From Fibrobacterota bacterium (lineage in GTDB: Bacteria > Fibrobacterota > Fibrobacteria > UBA5070): DNA of 39,964 nucleotides. A model generated the notes under the pieces. That model saw only the letters and a program-made list of their open reading frames with translations, was not told the DNA's origin and did no database searches. The DNA is taken from positions 1 to 39,964 of the forward strand of contig DAIPHW010000004.1 of NCBI GenBank assembly GCA_036771135.1. Direction: 5' to 3'. Position 1 is the first letter of the stretch. Each line of letters opens with the position of its first letter. The translations under genes were made by a program, and so were the position numbers. Positions 23,619-37,907 of this stretch are shown here, piece by piece.

Positions 23619-24968
23619 ATGATTTGTCCTATGCAAATTCCTTTCCGCTTCTTCACCCTTCTTGCCCTAGCTCTGACCATTGAAGGTGTCACGATCTCCG
23701 CGAGAGCTCAGGAAGAACCGGGGGCCTTGCGAATGCTGGCGGCAAGCGACCTGCATTTCACTCCTTTTGGCGACACGGCGCTCGTCCTGCACCTGCTCCT
23801 GGGTGCCCCGTCTCCCGCCGTCCCCACCGCCTCGGCAAACACCGCCCAATACGGTTCCGAGACCGACGCGCGCCTGCTGGAACGGCTGCTTTCCGACATG
23901 CGTCGGCAAGCTCCCCATCCGACAGCCATCCTCCTTCCCGGAGATTTCTTGGCCCACAGCCTCGACGACTCCGTGCGCAAGTATGCCCGCGACACCACCG
24001 CAGCCAATCTGCGGCACATCCATCTCGCGATCCTGGCGTACGTAAAGGAGCGCATCCAAGCAAGCTTCCCGGGCGTACCAATGCTCTACTGCCTCGGCAA
24101 CAACGACAGCTACGATGGAGATTACGCCGTGGAAGACGACGGATCGTTTCTGCGCGAGGCCTCCGGAAGTCTTTTCGGCGTGCCCGGAGGACAGCTTTCC
24201 GAGACCTTCGCGCACCACGGCTACGGTCGCCTTTCCTTGCCTGGCATTCCCGGCGCACGGCTCCTCATCCTCAACACCACGTTCTTCTCGGTCCGCTTTC
24301 CGGGATCCGCGCGTTCCGGCCAAGCCGAACTCGAATGGTTGGAAAAAGAACTCGCCGCAGCCCGCCGCGAGCACGCTCACGTCTGGCTGGAGTTTCACAT
24401 TCCGCCGGGCATGGATGCCTACGCCTCCTGGAAGCGCAGCGCCCCCGTCGCACTCTGGCAGCCAGACGCCAACCGCCGCGTCCTAGAACTCCTGCGCGAG
24501 TATCGCGACGTCGTCTCTGCCGCATTTGCCGGACACCTCCACAGAAACGAGTTCCGCTCCGTCCTCCGGGCCGACGGGACTCCCGCCGCCGCGATCCATG
24601 TCGTGCCGGCCGTCTCCCCGATCTTCGGGAACAATCCAGCCTTTCAGATCCTGGAGGTCGACGCTCGAAGCGGAAAGCTTCGCGATGCCGTCACCTTCGC
24701 CCTGGATCTCGCCGCCCGAGATTCCCTCTTCCGGGAAGAGTCTCGCTTCTCGAAGCGCTACGGAAGCCTCCCCGATGCCGCTGGCTACGCGCGTCTGGAC
24801 ACCCTTCTTTCAAGTTCCACCGCCACGCGCACGGACTTCCAGAAGGCCTTCGGCGGCGGTTCTGCGCATGCGATCCCCTCCGGATACTGGCACTTCGAAG
24901 CCTGCGCCCTAGGTCACCTGGACCCCGAAAGCTACGAGGCCTGCCTGCAGAAGCCGCCAGCTCCGTAA
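23619..24968 (+). CDS. Secreted calcineurin-like metallophosphoesterase, acid-sphingomyelinase-like phosphodiesterase family
   Basis: Motifs in order: SDLHF, LPGDFLAH, CLGNNDSYDGDY, WLEFHIPPG, FAGHLHRNEF. Signal peptide FFTLLALALTIEGVTISARA. Alternative ATG at 23631. Confidence 0.7.
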   Translation: MICPMQIPFRFFTLLALALTIEGVTISARAQEEPGALRMLAASDLHFTPFGDTALVLHLLLGAPSPAVPTASANTAQYGSETDARLLERLLSDMRRQAPHPTAILLPGDFLAHSLDDSVRKYARDTTAANLRHIHLAILAYVKERIQASFPGVPMLYCLGNNDSYDGDYAVEDDGSFLREASGSLFGVPGGQLSETFAHHGYGRLSLPGIPGARLLILNTTFFSVRFPGSARSGQAELEWLEKELAAARREHAHVWLEFHIPPGMDAYASWKRSAPVALWQPDANRRVLELLREYRDVVSAAFAGHLHRNEFRSVLRADGTPAAAIHVVPAVSPIFGNNPAFQILEVDARSGKLRDAVTFALDLAARDSLFREESRFSKRYGSLPDAAGYARLDTLLSSSTATRTDFQKAFGGGSAHAIPSGYWHFEACALGHLDPESYEACLQKPPAP

Positions 24969-25008
24969 GGCTTCGCGGACTATTCTTTCCGAAAGCGGAG
25001 GTATAGCC

Positions 25009-25860
25009 ATGAACGTCGCATTTCTTGGCCTGGGGATCATGGGATCCCGCATGGCCACCCATCTCGTCCGCGCCGGCCACCAGGTCCGCGTGTGGAACCG
25101 CTCGCCGGGAAAGGAAGCCGCCCTGCAGCAGCTCGGCGCCGCCCCTGCTGCTTCTGTGACAGAAGCTGTCCAAGATGCGCAGGTCGTCTTCACCATGCTG
25201 GCAAACCCCGAGGCAGTGCGGGCAGTGGCAAGTCAAATTCTGTCAGCGCTTCCGTCCGGGCGCCTGTGGATCGATTGCAGCACCGTAGGCCCCGAGGCCT
25301 CGCGGGAGATGGCCGCCTTGGCGCATGCCAAGGGCGTCCGCTTCCTGGATGCGCCAGTGGCAGGCTCCGCTGGCCCCGCCGCCGCCGGCCAGCTCGTCTT
25401 CCAGGTCGGAGGCGAGGCGGCAGACATCGAAGAAGCCCGTCCGCTGCTGGAGGCCATGGGCTCGCGCATTGTACACGCAGGGCCGACCGGCGCCGGCAGC
25501 TCCCTAAAGCTCGTCAACAACCTGCTGATGGCGCAGGAGCTCGCCGCCTGGGCCGAGACGCTGGGACTTGCTGAAACGCTGGGACTCCCCCGCGAGCTGG
25601 TGGAAGACGCCATTCTTCCCTCGCACGTGGCTCCAGCCTACCTCGGATCAAAGCGCGCCAAGATCGACGCCCGCGAGTGGAGCCCCGAGTTTCCGCTCAA
25701 GCACGCCCTCAAGGACATCCGCCTCGCTCTGACAGAAGCTGACAAAGCCGGCCTCGGTCTTACCCAAGCGACCGCCTGCGAAGCGCTTTACGCCGCTGCC
25801 CAAGACAAGGGCTTCGGAGATTCCGACATCGCCGCCGTCTGCGAAGTGGCTGGCAAATAG
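25009..25860 (+). CDS. NAD(P)-dependent beta-hydroxyacid dehydrogenase (3-hydroxyisobutyrate dehydrogenase/HIBADH family)
   Basis: MNVAFLGLGIMGSRMATHLVRAGHQVRVWNRS Rossmann motif; DAPVAGS; SSLKLVNNLL. GGAGG RBS 8 nt upstream. Confidence 0.8.
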   Translation: MNVAFLGLGIMGSRMATHLVRAGHQVRVWNRSPGKEAALQQLGAAPAASVTEAVQDAQVVFTMLANPEAVRAVASQILSALPSGRLWIDCSTVGPEASREMAALAHAKGVRFLDAPVAGSAGPAAAGQLVFQVGGEAADIEEARPLLEAMGSRIVHAGPTGAGSSLKLVNNLLMAQELAAWAETLGLAETLGLPRELVEDAILPSHVAPAYLGSKRAKIDAREWSPEFPLKHALKDIRLALTEADKAGLGLTQATACEALYAAAQDKGFGDSDIAAVCEVAGK

Positions 25861-25862
25861 CC

Positions 25863-26726
25863 TTAAGAAGCCGACGTCAGCGAGCTCAGACGCGCAAAGA
25901 AGCCGCCGGCGACGGGAGATCCCATGTCGGGAAGCCGCTTGGAAAGCTCGCGCACGGCCGTGGCGAAGGGCCCTTGGGGATCCGCCGTATAGGCCGGGAT
26001 GCGCTTTCGCAGGAACTGATCAAGGCCCGGCTGGCGCGGGATGCTGCCCCAGAAGGGAAGATCAATGCCCAGGAAGCGCCGCGCCACCGACGAAAGCAGC
26101 ATGGCCGTCTCGGGCCCCTGCTCGGGGCGATCGCACTGGTTGACCACCACGCTAAAGGGAAGATCTGCACGTCGCGAGCGCGCCACCTTGACGAAGGCGT
26201 AGGCGTCGGCCTGAGCGGTGGCTTCGGGCGTGGTCACCAGCACCACCCGGTCCGAAGCGGTGGCCAGGTGCATGGAGGTGTCACCAATGCCAGCACCGAT
26301 ATCCACCAGCAGGTGGCTGTAGCCGTTCTGCAGGCGCGCGAAGGAATCTACCAAGGCATTCACCCGCTCCAGCGGCAGCGAGGAAAGTTCGGCCACGCCG
26401 GAGGCCGAAGGCAACAGGTCCACATTGGGCGCTACGGTCACCAAGGCGTCTTCCACGCCGCAGCGTCCGGCCAGCACATCGCCCAAGTCAGCCTTCGGCT
26501 GGATGCCGGCCAGGATGTGCAGGTTGGCAAGGCCCATGTCGCCGTCAATCAGAAGCACCTTGCGCCCCTGCTCCGCGAGCGCCAGCGCCAAGCTCAAGGT
26601 AATGTGGCTCTTGCCCACGCCGCCTTTGCCACTGGCCACAGCGATGGCGCGCGCCGGCACCGCCGACGAAAGCCTAGCACCAGAGCCGGGAAGCCAGGCC
26701 TTCAGGGAGTCAAGCTGGGCTGCCAT
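25863..26726 (-). CDS. flhG: Flagellar number regulator FlhG (MinD/ParA-type ATPase, YlxH)
   Basis: ATG 26726 (MAAQLDSLKAW...). Deviant Walker A: IAVASGKGGVGKSHITLSLALALAEQG; LLIDGDMGLANL. Overlaps the flhF 3' end by 17 nt. The rest of ORF 25863..27197 is an out-of-frame extension across flhF. Confidence 0.8.
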   Translation of the reverse strand: MAAQLDSLKAWLPGSGARLSSAVPARAIAVASGKGGVGKSHITLSLALALAEQGRKVLLIDGDMGLANLHILAGIQPKADLGDVLAGRCGVEDALVTVAPNVDLLPSASGVAELSSLPLERVNALVDSFARLQNGYSHLLVDIGAGIGDTSMHLATASDRVVLVTTPEATAQADAYAFVKVARSRRADLPFSVVVNQCDRPEQGPETAMLLSSVARRFLGIDLPFWGSIPRQPGLDQFLRKRIPAYTADPQGPFATAVRELSKRLPDMGSPVAGGFFARLSSLTSAS

Positions 26727-27984
26727 CGTCCTCCCCCAGAACCATGCGAGCCAACTCTTCCGGCGAGGCATCGCCCATGTGCTCGGGGATATCCTGCCCA
26801 AAGCAGAGGAGCGAGGCAGGGATACCCTCCTCGGCCACCAAGGTGCAAAGGGCTCCGTAGCTGTCGGTCTCGTCGAGCTTCGTGAAGACCAGGCGATTGG
26901 GACCAAGATCCTTGTAGGCCGAAAGCGCCATGCGCAAATCGCGCAAGCGCGTGGTGGCCGACTGAACCAGGTGAATTTCGTCGGGACGAATGCGCTCGGC
27001 CAGGGCCGTGAGCTCGATGCGATGCAGCTCGTTGCGCGGCGAACGCCCGGCGGTATCCACCAGCACCACGTCGCAGACCCGCAAATCATCCAGGGCGCGC
27101 GAGATGTCGTCGTCGGTGAAGACGCTGCGCAATGGAAGTCCGGCCACCTCGGCGAAGGTCTTGATCTGTTCCTGGGCCCCGATGCGGTAGTTGTCACAGG
27201 AGACCAGCCCCACCTTCAAAGCCCCTTGGGAACTGAGGCGGGCGGCGAGCTTCATGATGGTGGTGGTCTTGCCGACGCCTGTCGGGCCGGCGAAGAGCAG
27301 CACCTTGGCCTTGGAGGCGCCGCGCGGCACCAGCACCGGCGCGCAGGGAAGGATTTCAGAAAGCACCTGCAGGAGCACGTTGCGCGTCCACTCGGGATCG
27401 CCCTCGCCCTGCATGCCGCTCGTCTCAAGGCGCGTCTGCGTCTCTTCGCAGGCCTTCTGGGCGATCGACTCCGATAGGTCAGAAGCCAAGAGCTTCTGGT
27501 AATAGGGAAGCAGCGTCTCAGCAATGCGCGTGCCAGCGTGGTCGCGCCACTGCTCGGCAAGCATCGAGAGCACCGAACGCATCTGCCCCATCTCGCGGCG
27601 CACCGCAGCGATCTCGTCCTTGGGGGACTCGGCCGCCTTGCGCACGGCGTCGATTCCCTGCTGCAGAGCGGCAAACTCCTGGTGCGAGATTCCCACGTTG
27701 GCAGTCTCGCGCACCGGCGGCGTCCAGGTCTGCGCAGACCCAGAGGCCATGCGGCTTCCCGGCCCGTAGCTCACCGTCTGGGTGGGCTCGGCAGCGGGCT
27801 TGGCGACCGCGGTGGGTTCAAATTTTTCTTCTAACCCAGCAGTAACCTCGTAGCGTTCGCCTCCGCCCAGGAAAGATCCCTTGATCTTCTGGGTGCGCAG
27901 GATGAGCGCCTCGGGGCCCATCTCCTCCTTGACCTGGAGAAGCGCCTCACGGATCGTGTCTGCCTGGAACTTGCGAATGCGCAT
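26710..27984 (-). CDS. flhF: Flagellar biosynthesis GTPase FlhF (SRP-type)
   Basis: MRIRKFQADTIREALLQVKEEMGPEALIL N-terminus. G1 FAGPTGVGKTTTIMKLAA; DNYRIGAQEQ; VLVDTAGRSP; FTKLDET. Confidence 0.85.
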   Translation of the reverse strand: MRIRKFQADTIREALLQVKEEMGPEALILRTQKIKGSFLGGGERYEVTAGLEEKFEPTAVAKPAAEPTQTVSYGPGSRMASGSAQTWTPPVRETANVGISHQEFAALQQGIDAVRKAAESPKDEIAAVRREMGQMRSVLSMLAEQWRDHAGTRIAETLLPYYQKLLASDLSESIAQKACEETQTRLETSGMQGEGDPEWTRNVLLQVLSEILPCAPVLVPRGASKAKVLLFAGPTGVGKTTTIMKLAARLSSQGALKVGLVSCDNYRIGAQEQIKTFAEVAGLPLRSVFTDDDISRALDDLRVCDVVLVDTAGRSPRNELHRIELTALAERIRPDEIHLVQSATTRLRDLRMALSAYKDLGPNRLVFTKLDETDSYGALCTLVAEEGIPASLLCFGQDIPEHMGDASPEELARMVLGEDDGSPA

Positions 27985-27994
27985 TCGATGAGGT

Positions 27995-30124
27995 CTACTG
28001 GGATTTCTGGTTGGTGTCTAGGGCCTGCACCATCCCCCGCGTCCTGACCTGGACACCGGGAACGATCTCGGCGTAAGATAGCACCGAAAGCTGCGGATGG
28101 TTCGCCTCCAGCATCCGCCGCAGCGGCAATCGCAGTTGCGGCGAGCAGACCAGGATGGGATTTTCTCCGGCGGCCGAGATCTCTTCTACCAGCGGCGCCA
28201 CTGATTCGAGGATCTTGCCCACCAGATCGGGCCGCAGCAGGAGGCGCGGACCGCGTTCGCCGGCATGCAGGCTCGCTTCCAGGACCTGCTCCAGTCCCGG
28301 CTCCAGGGTGAGCACAGAAAGCACCCCGTCGGAATCTGCCAATTGCTTGCAGAGGCCGCGCGCAAGAGCCTGGCGCGCCGCCTCAACCAGCGAGGGAATA
28401 TCGCGGGCAACCCGCACGGCATCCGAGAGCGCTTCCAGGATGGAAGGCAGATCGCGGATGCTCACCCGCTCGCGCAGCAGGTTCTCGAGAACGCGCTGGA
28501 CCTCGCCGTAGGAAAGCAGCGCCGGGATGAGCTCGTCCACCACGGTGCCGTGGCTGCCGCGGATGTTGTCGATCAGAGTCTTGACGTCCTGGCGCGAGAG
28601 GATCTCGTCGCTGTGGCCGCGGATGACTTCGGTGAGATGGGTGGCGAGCACCGCCGGGAGTTCCACCACGGTATATCCGGCAAGCTCGGCGGCTTCCTTC
28701 TGGGACTCGGTGATCCACAGCGCCGGCAGTCCGAAGGCCGGCTCCTTGGTGGGGATGCCGTTCACCTTGCGGCTGACGGTGCCCGGATCCATGGCGAGGT
28801 AGGAACCCGTCATCAGTTCCCCTTGCCCGATCTCCACCCCTTTGATCTTGACGATGTACTGGGCCGGCCGCAGCAAAATGTTGTCGCGAATGCGGATGGG
28901 CGGCACGATGATGCCCATTTCGGTGGCGCACTGACGACGCAGCATGGTGATGCGCTCCAGCAGGTCGCCACCCTGATTCACGTCCACCAGGGGAATGAGA
29001 GCATAGCCGATCTCAAGCTCCATCTGGTCGACAGCGAGGTAGTTCTCGATGCGGTCGTCCTCTGGCTTACTCTCCTTCTTGGGCATGGCATCGGCCTTTT
29101 GGGCGTTTTCCTTCTCGGTCTTGATGGCCCGTGAGCGTCCCCAGCCCACCAACGCGATACCGGCAGCCAGCACCAGAAAGGGGAACGTCGGAAGTCCAGG
29201 AACCACGCCAAGGCCGCCCATCACCAGGGCGGTGATATACAGGGCTGTCGGCGACTGGGTGAGCTGACTGGTGATCTCGGCGCCCAGGTTGGACTTGGAG
29301 GCCGCGCGAGTGACAATGATACCAGCGGCGGTGGAGATCATGAGCGAGGGAATCTGCCCCACCAGGCCATCGCCAATAGTGAGCTTCGTGAAGGTGGACA
29401 GGGCGTGCGGGGCGTCCATGTCGAGCATCAGCATGCCCACGGCAAAGCCGCCCACGATGTTCACGGCCACGATGATGAGTCCGGCCATGGCTTCGCCGCG
29501 CACGAACTTGGAGGCGCCATCCATGGCGCCGAAGAAGTCGGCCTCGCGCTGGATGTTGCCACGGCGCTTGCGCGCCTCGGCCTCGTCGATGGTGCCGGCG
29601 TTCAGGTCGGCATCCACCGCCATCTGCTTGCCCGGCATGGCATCCAAAGTGAAGCGGGCGGCCACTTCGGCGATGCGGGTGGAGCCCTTAGTGATCACCT
29701 GGAAGTTGATGACCAGGAGGATCACGAAAATGACGGCACCGATCACGATGTTGTCGCCGGTCACGAAGCTTCCGAAGGCGGTGACGACGCGTCCCCCTTC
29801 GCCGGTGGAGAGAATGAGTCGCGTAGTAGCCACGTTCAGCGAGAGCTTGAAGAGCGTGGTGACCAAAAGGACGCCGGGAAAGATCGAGAAGTCCAGCACC
29901 GTGTCGATGAACATGCTCACCATCAGGATGAGCAGCGCAATCGAGAAAGACAGCGAAAGCAACAGATCCAAGAGCAGCGGCGGCAGCGGAATCACCAAGA
30001 CGGCAATGACGCCGATGATTCCCAGGAGCATCACGAAATCTTTACGCTCCGCCACCAAGCGCGCTGCACGGCTATTAAAAAGCCACGAACCCGCCTGTCC
30101 CACCTTTTCCGTGGTCGCGCTCAT
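27995..30124 (-). CDS. flhA: Flagellar type III export apparatus protein FlhA
   Basis: Typical FlhA TM region (FPGVLLVTTLFKLSLNVATTRLIL, GDNIVIGAVIFVILLVINFQVITKG, RIAEVAARFTLDAMPGKQMAVDADL) and cytoplasmic domain. 709 aa. Confidence 0.9.
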   Translation of the reverse strand: MSATTEKVGQAGSWLFNSRAARLVAERKDFVMLLGIIGVIAVLVIPLPPLLLDLLLSLSFSIALLILMVSMFIDTVLDFSIFPGVLLVTTLFKLSLNVATTRLILSTGEGGRVVTAFGSFVTGDNIVIGAVIFVILLVINFQVITKGSTRIAEVAARFTLDAMPGKQMAVDADLNAGTIDEAEARKRRGNIQREADFFGAMDGASKFVRGEAMAGLIIVAVNIVGGFAVGMLMLDMDAPHALSTFTKLTIGDGLVGQIPSLMISTAAGIIVTRAASKSNLGAEITSQLTQSPTALYITALVMGGLGVVPGLPTFPFLVLAAGIALVGWGRSRAIKTEKENAQKADAMPKKESKPEDDRIENYLAVDQMELEIGYALIPLVDVNQGGDLLERITMLRRQCATEMGIIVPPIRIRDNILLRPAQYIVKIKGVEIGQGELMTGSYLAMDPGTVSRKVNGIPTKEPAFGLPALWITESQKEAAELAGYTVVELPAVLATHLTEVIRGHSDEILSRQDVKTLIDNIRGSHGTVVDELIPALLSYGEVQRVLENLLRERVSIRDLPSILEALSDAVRVARDIPSLVEAARQALARGLCKQLADSDGVLSVLTLEPGLEQVLEASLHAGERGPRLLLRPDLVGKILESVAPLVEEISAAGENPILVCSPQLRLPLRRMLEANHPQLSVLSYAEIVPGVQVRTRGMVQALDTNQKSQ

Positions 30125-31746
30125 TGATTGCCTGGATGCACAGCCAGCAGGCTCGGGCGATCAAGCCCTGCACCGTGACCTTTGGCCACCAAGGAATCGC
30201 CTTGGAAGCGCAACAGCTGTCCCGAACCCATGTCCACTCCCCAAGCGACATCGGGGTTGCGAGGATCGATGGCCACTGCTTGCGGGGTCAGATAGCCGGA
30301 AAAGCGCGCCTGACAGACTCCGGAAGCGCTCCAACGGGTGAATTCCCCGGAGAGATTGTCGGCCACCCACACCCGCCCTCGAAAGGCCGACACGGACACG
30401 GGCTGCACAAAGCCGGAAAGCACTTTCACGACATTTCCCTGCGAATCAACAGCGCTCACGGTGCGATGCTCCAGGTCGGCGACCCAAAGCAGCGAAAGGG
30501 AATCGTCAAAGGCAAGCGAAGACGGGCGCGGAAAGGTACCGCGGATCAGAGTATCGAGATGCTTGTAGGAGACCCGAGCCACGAAACCGGAATCGCGCGA
30601 AGCCGCCCACACACGGCCATAGGCGTTCTGATCGACGGCAAGCGAAGTGATGTCGCCGGGAAAAACGGGAAGAGACGCGGTATCGCCATCAATGCGCACC
30701 AAACGGGAGCGCCCGGCTGTGTCGCGGACTCCGGCCCAGCAATAAGCACCGTCGTAGTCGCAAGCCACCGAACGCGGCAGCAGTTTAGGCACCGAGGTGC
30801 GCACCAAGCCTCCGGTGGTGTACTTCGCGACTTTCTGCCCGCTGCGATCGGTGGCGACCAGCAAGCCGCCTTCGCGCATGGGGTCGATGGAGATTCCCGT
30901 GACTTCTCCGAGCCCATCCAGACGCAAGATCTCAAGGAGACGCCCACCGCCGGTGGTGGCAAACTTCACGAGCGAGGTTCCCTGATGCTGCACCACCCAG
31001 ACGCTTCCCTCCTCGGCATAGGTGGAGAGATGCAGCTTCCAGGTATGCGTCCCGCGCCCCAGGCCATCGCTTTCCACAAGATCGATGGTGGAATCAAAAA
31101 GGGCATTGGGAGCCTGCCAGGTCAGCACCGAATCGCCGATGCCATTGCGCCAGCGCAGCGTTCCTCCCCCAGGCAAGGAAAGCGGCAAGGCCGTAGTCAA
31201 GCGAGCCACGTAGTTGGTATCGGGATCGTGGAAACTCAGTCGCAGATACGCCACCGCCCCCATGTGCGACGAGAGCGAAAGCGTATCGTTCGAGACTTGC
31301 ACAGCGCGCATTGAAGCGCTGTCAAAGGTGGAACCAACGTAGATGCGACTCAAACCCGGCAAAATGTCTAGCATCTGCACCGCCACGGTTCCCAGCACAT
31401 CGGCGTTCCGCCGAAGGATCACCGTATCCTTGGACGATGCGGTATCCCAGCGCAGACGAATCCAAGCAGTCTGCAGCTCGCCTTGCGTCCCCACCGTAAA
31501 ACCCTTGCCCAAGACGACAGCATGACCGGTGGACCACGTCAATTGGCTGGTATCGCCCGAGACGTTCTCAAAGCGCGCCAGCAAGGTGACGTCTCCGCCA
31601 CCGTAGTTCAAGACACCAGAGCTTACCGGAGCATCAAAGCTCACGCTAGGACTCGGCGCAGACGCCGATTCCAAAGGCCAAGGCGTGCAGGACACCATGC
31701 CTACAACAGCCAACAGGCCTAACCAATACTTGCGATCCAGGATCAT
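30121..31746 (-). CDS. Lipoprotein with C-terminal six-bladed beta-propeller (NHL/YVTN-like repeats), translationally coupled to flhA
   Basis: MILDRKYWLGLLAVVGMVSC lipoprotein-type signal. Repeated blades: GISIDPMREGGLLVATD, SLAVDQNAYGRVWAASRDSG, SLAFDDSLSLLWVADLEHR, VSAFRGRVWVADNLSG, AVAIDPRNPDVAWGVDMGSG. Stop TGA overlaps the flhA ATG (ATGA at 30121..30124). Confidence 0.7.
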   Translation of the reverse strand: MILDRKYWLGLLAVVGMVSCTPWPLESASAPSPSVSFDAPVSSGVLNYGGGDVTLLARFENVSGDTSQLTWSTGHAVVLGKGFTVGTQGELQTAWIRLRWDTASSKDTVILRRNADVLGTVAVQMLDILPGLSRIYVGSTFDSASMRAVQVSNDTLSLSSHMGAVAYLRLSFHDPDTNYVARLTTALPLSLPGGGTLRWRNGIGDSVLTWQAPNALFDSTIDLVESDGLGRGTHTWKLHLSTYAEEGSVWVVQHQGTSLVKFATTGGGRLLEILRLDGLGEVTGISIDPMREGGLLVATDRSGQKVAKYTTGGLVRTSVPKLLPRSVACDYDGAYCWAGVRDTAGRSRLVRIDGDTASLPVFPGDITSLAVDQNAYGRVWAASRDSGFVARVSYKHLDTLIRGTFPRPSSLAFDDSLSLLWVADLEHRTVSAVDSQGNVVKVLSGFVQPVSVSAFRGRVWVADNLSGEFTRWSASGVCQARFSGYLTPQAVAIDPRNPDVAWGVDMGSGQLLRFQGDSLVAKGHGAGLDRPSLLAVHPGNQ

Positions 31747-31798
31747 CTGATATCAATGATACCATTGCCTGGACGGCCTTGAAGACAATTTTTGACGT

Positions 31799-31879
31799 CT
31801 ACAAGTGCGTAAATACGGCCAGCACAAACGTCGCAATGGCAACAGCCATCGCAAGCTCCAGATTTCTGGTCAGCGACAT
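31799..31879 (-). CDS. Candidate 26-aa single-TM small protein (not in ORF track)
   Basis: ATG 31879 is preceded by GAGAGGGGGGAACT (strong SD-like G-run 5 nt upstream). Peptide MSLTRNLELAMAVAIATFVLAVFTHL; stop TAG 31801..31799. Lies in the 209-bp gap between the STAS-DUF2225 gene and the propeller/flhA genes. Confidence 0.3.
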   Translation of the reverse strand: MSLTRNLELAMAVAIATFVLAVFTHL

Positions 31880-31955
31880 AGTTCCCCCCTCTCAACTCCA
31901 ACGCTTGCAAGGTACGCTGGCAGAGAAAAGTTCGCCACCAAGTTTTAGCACTTTC

Positions 31956-33083
31956 TTACTGAAGCAGGGCATCGCCCCTTTCCAGCCAGAAGTCCATTTC
32001 ACTTCGTCCATCCCAGCTGTTGTGAGCCGTGGCTTGGACCGAACGCGCCTCGTCATCCCGCCCAATGGCCAAGCATGCCGAAACGAGATAGACGGAAGCC
32101 TCCGCCATCCGCTCCTCGGCATAGCTCTCAGGATGCTCTAGCGCCGTCTTCAACCAGATATAGGCCGCCGTGAAATGCCGTTCCAAGTCTTCGCCATCCG
32201 AAGCGAAACGGGCACGCATGATATGGCTCACGCCGATGCCTAGACTATCAATAGAAGAGGATTCCTTGCCCACCACCTGCAGAACATCAGCCGACAGAGC
32301 CCATGCAAGTCCAGCCGCCTGACGCAGACGAGGCATTCCGAAGAAGGTCGACAAGGAGGTGTCGTCATCAATCCTCTCGCCGGAAAGCATCAGCCGACGG
32401 CGCATCGAATTCTTCACCAGACGATCCAACGCAGAATCGTGGAGGGTGGTACGCAAGCCGTGCAGAGGGAGATCGAACCAATCCAGACGCGAGGCAGCAA
32501 AGAGGCATTCGGGGCAGACAGCCGCTCGGTAGGTCTCGACATCGAGCATGTCTTCGCGTCCCTTTTCCCAGACCATCTGCGGCGTAATTTCATTGGGAAA
32601 CCATTCCAGGCGATGAACCTTGGGGATAGGCATCCACCCTTTCACGGTCTCGCAATGGCACAAAGGACAGCGCAAGGTGAAGGAAAGGAGATTTCCTCCT
32701 GGAACTCCCAACGTTTCCAACAACTCCTGACGATCGGAAGACATCTCGTGAATGGAACGCTTCAGTCCAGATAGATCGGCAAGCAGCTGGTAATTTTCCG
32801 CCCCTCGCAGAGATTCCCGCAAAAAGGGATCTTTGACCACCATTCCGAGGGTGCGCCCCATCTGGCGCAGCGTCTGATGAAAGTTGGCAAGGATCTTCTG
32901 GCCATTGCCGTCCAGCGTGGCAATGTCTCCAAGATCCAGGATCACCCCACTCCACCCCGTATCGCGCTGCGATTCGGCGACATTGCGCAGCAGAGACGCC
33001 ATGGCAAGATCGACGCCTTGGTGGCATTCAACCACAATCCACTCGCCACTACGATAAGTCCTGGTCCGACTTGGCATGATCAT
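31956..33083 (-). CDS. STAS (anti-sigma-antagonist-like) domain fused to a DUF2225-type zinc-ribbon/helical domain
   Basis: N-terminus: EWIVVECHQGVDLAMASLLRNV...GVILDLGDIATLDGNGQKILANFHQTLRQMGRTLGMVV (STAS-like). Then LRCPLCHCE...AAVCPECLFAASRLDWF (CxxC...CPxC with a following helical region, as in DUF2225). Confidence 0.6.
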   Translation of the reverse strand: MIMPSRTRTYRSGEWIVVECHQGVDLAMASLLRNVAESQRDTGWSGVILDLGDIATLDGNGQKILANFHQTLRQMGRTLGMVVKDPFLRESLRGAENYQLLADLSGLKRSIHEMSSDRQELLETLGVPGGNLLSFTLRCPLCHCETVKGWMPIPKVHRLEWFPNEITPQMVWEKGREDMLDVETYRAAVCPECLFAASRLDWFDLPLHGLRTTLHDSALDRLVKNSMRRRLMLSGERIDDDTSLSTFFGMPRLRQAAGLAWALSADVLQVVGKESSSIDSLGIGVSHIMRARFASDGEDLERHFTAAYIWLKTALEHPESYAEERMAEASVYLVSACLAIGRDDEARSVQATAHNSWDGRSEMDFWLERGDALLQ

Positions 33084-33125
33084 TGATGCCTCATTGTATC
33101 ATTTCCATGCCAGCCATCGCAAGAT

Positions 33126-37855
<4,730 letters not shown>

Positions 37856-37907
37856 AGCCACCAAAGATACCAAGAAGCGGCGAGCATCCGAATCCGCAAG
37901 CCAAGGC

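Noticed and set aside
25858-25865. Convergent stop codons of the dehydrogenase (TAG 25858..25860) and flhG (TAA 25863..25865), only 2 nt apart with no room for terminators.
   Set aside because: Recorded as a curiosity only. Tight convergent packing is not rare and no structure can be evaluated in 2 nt.
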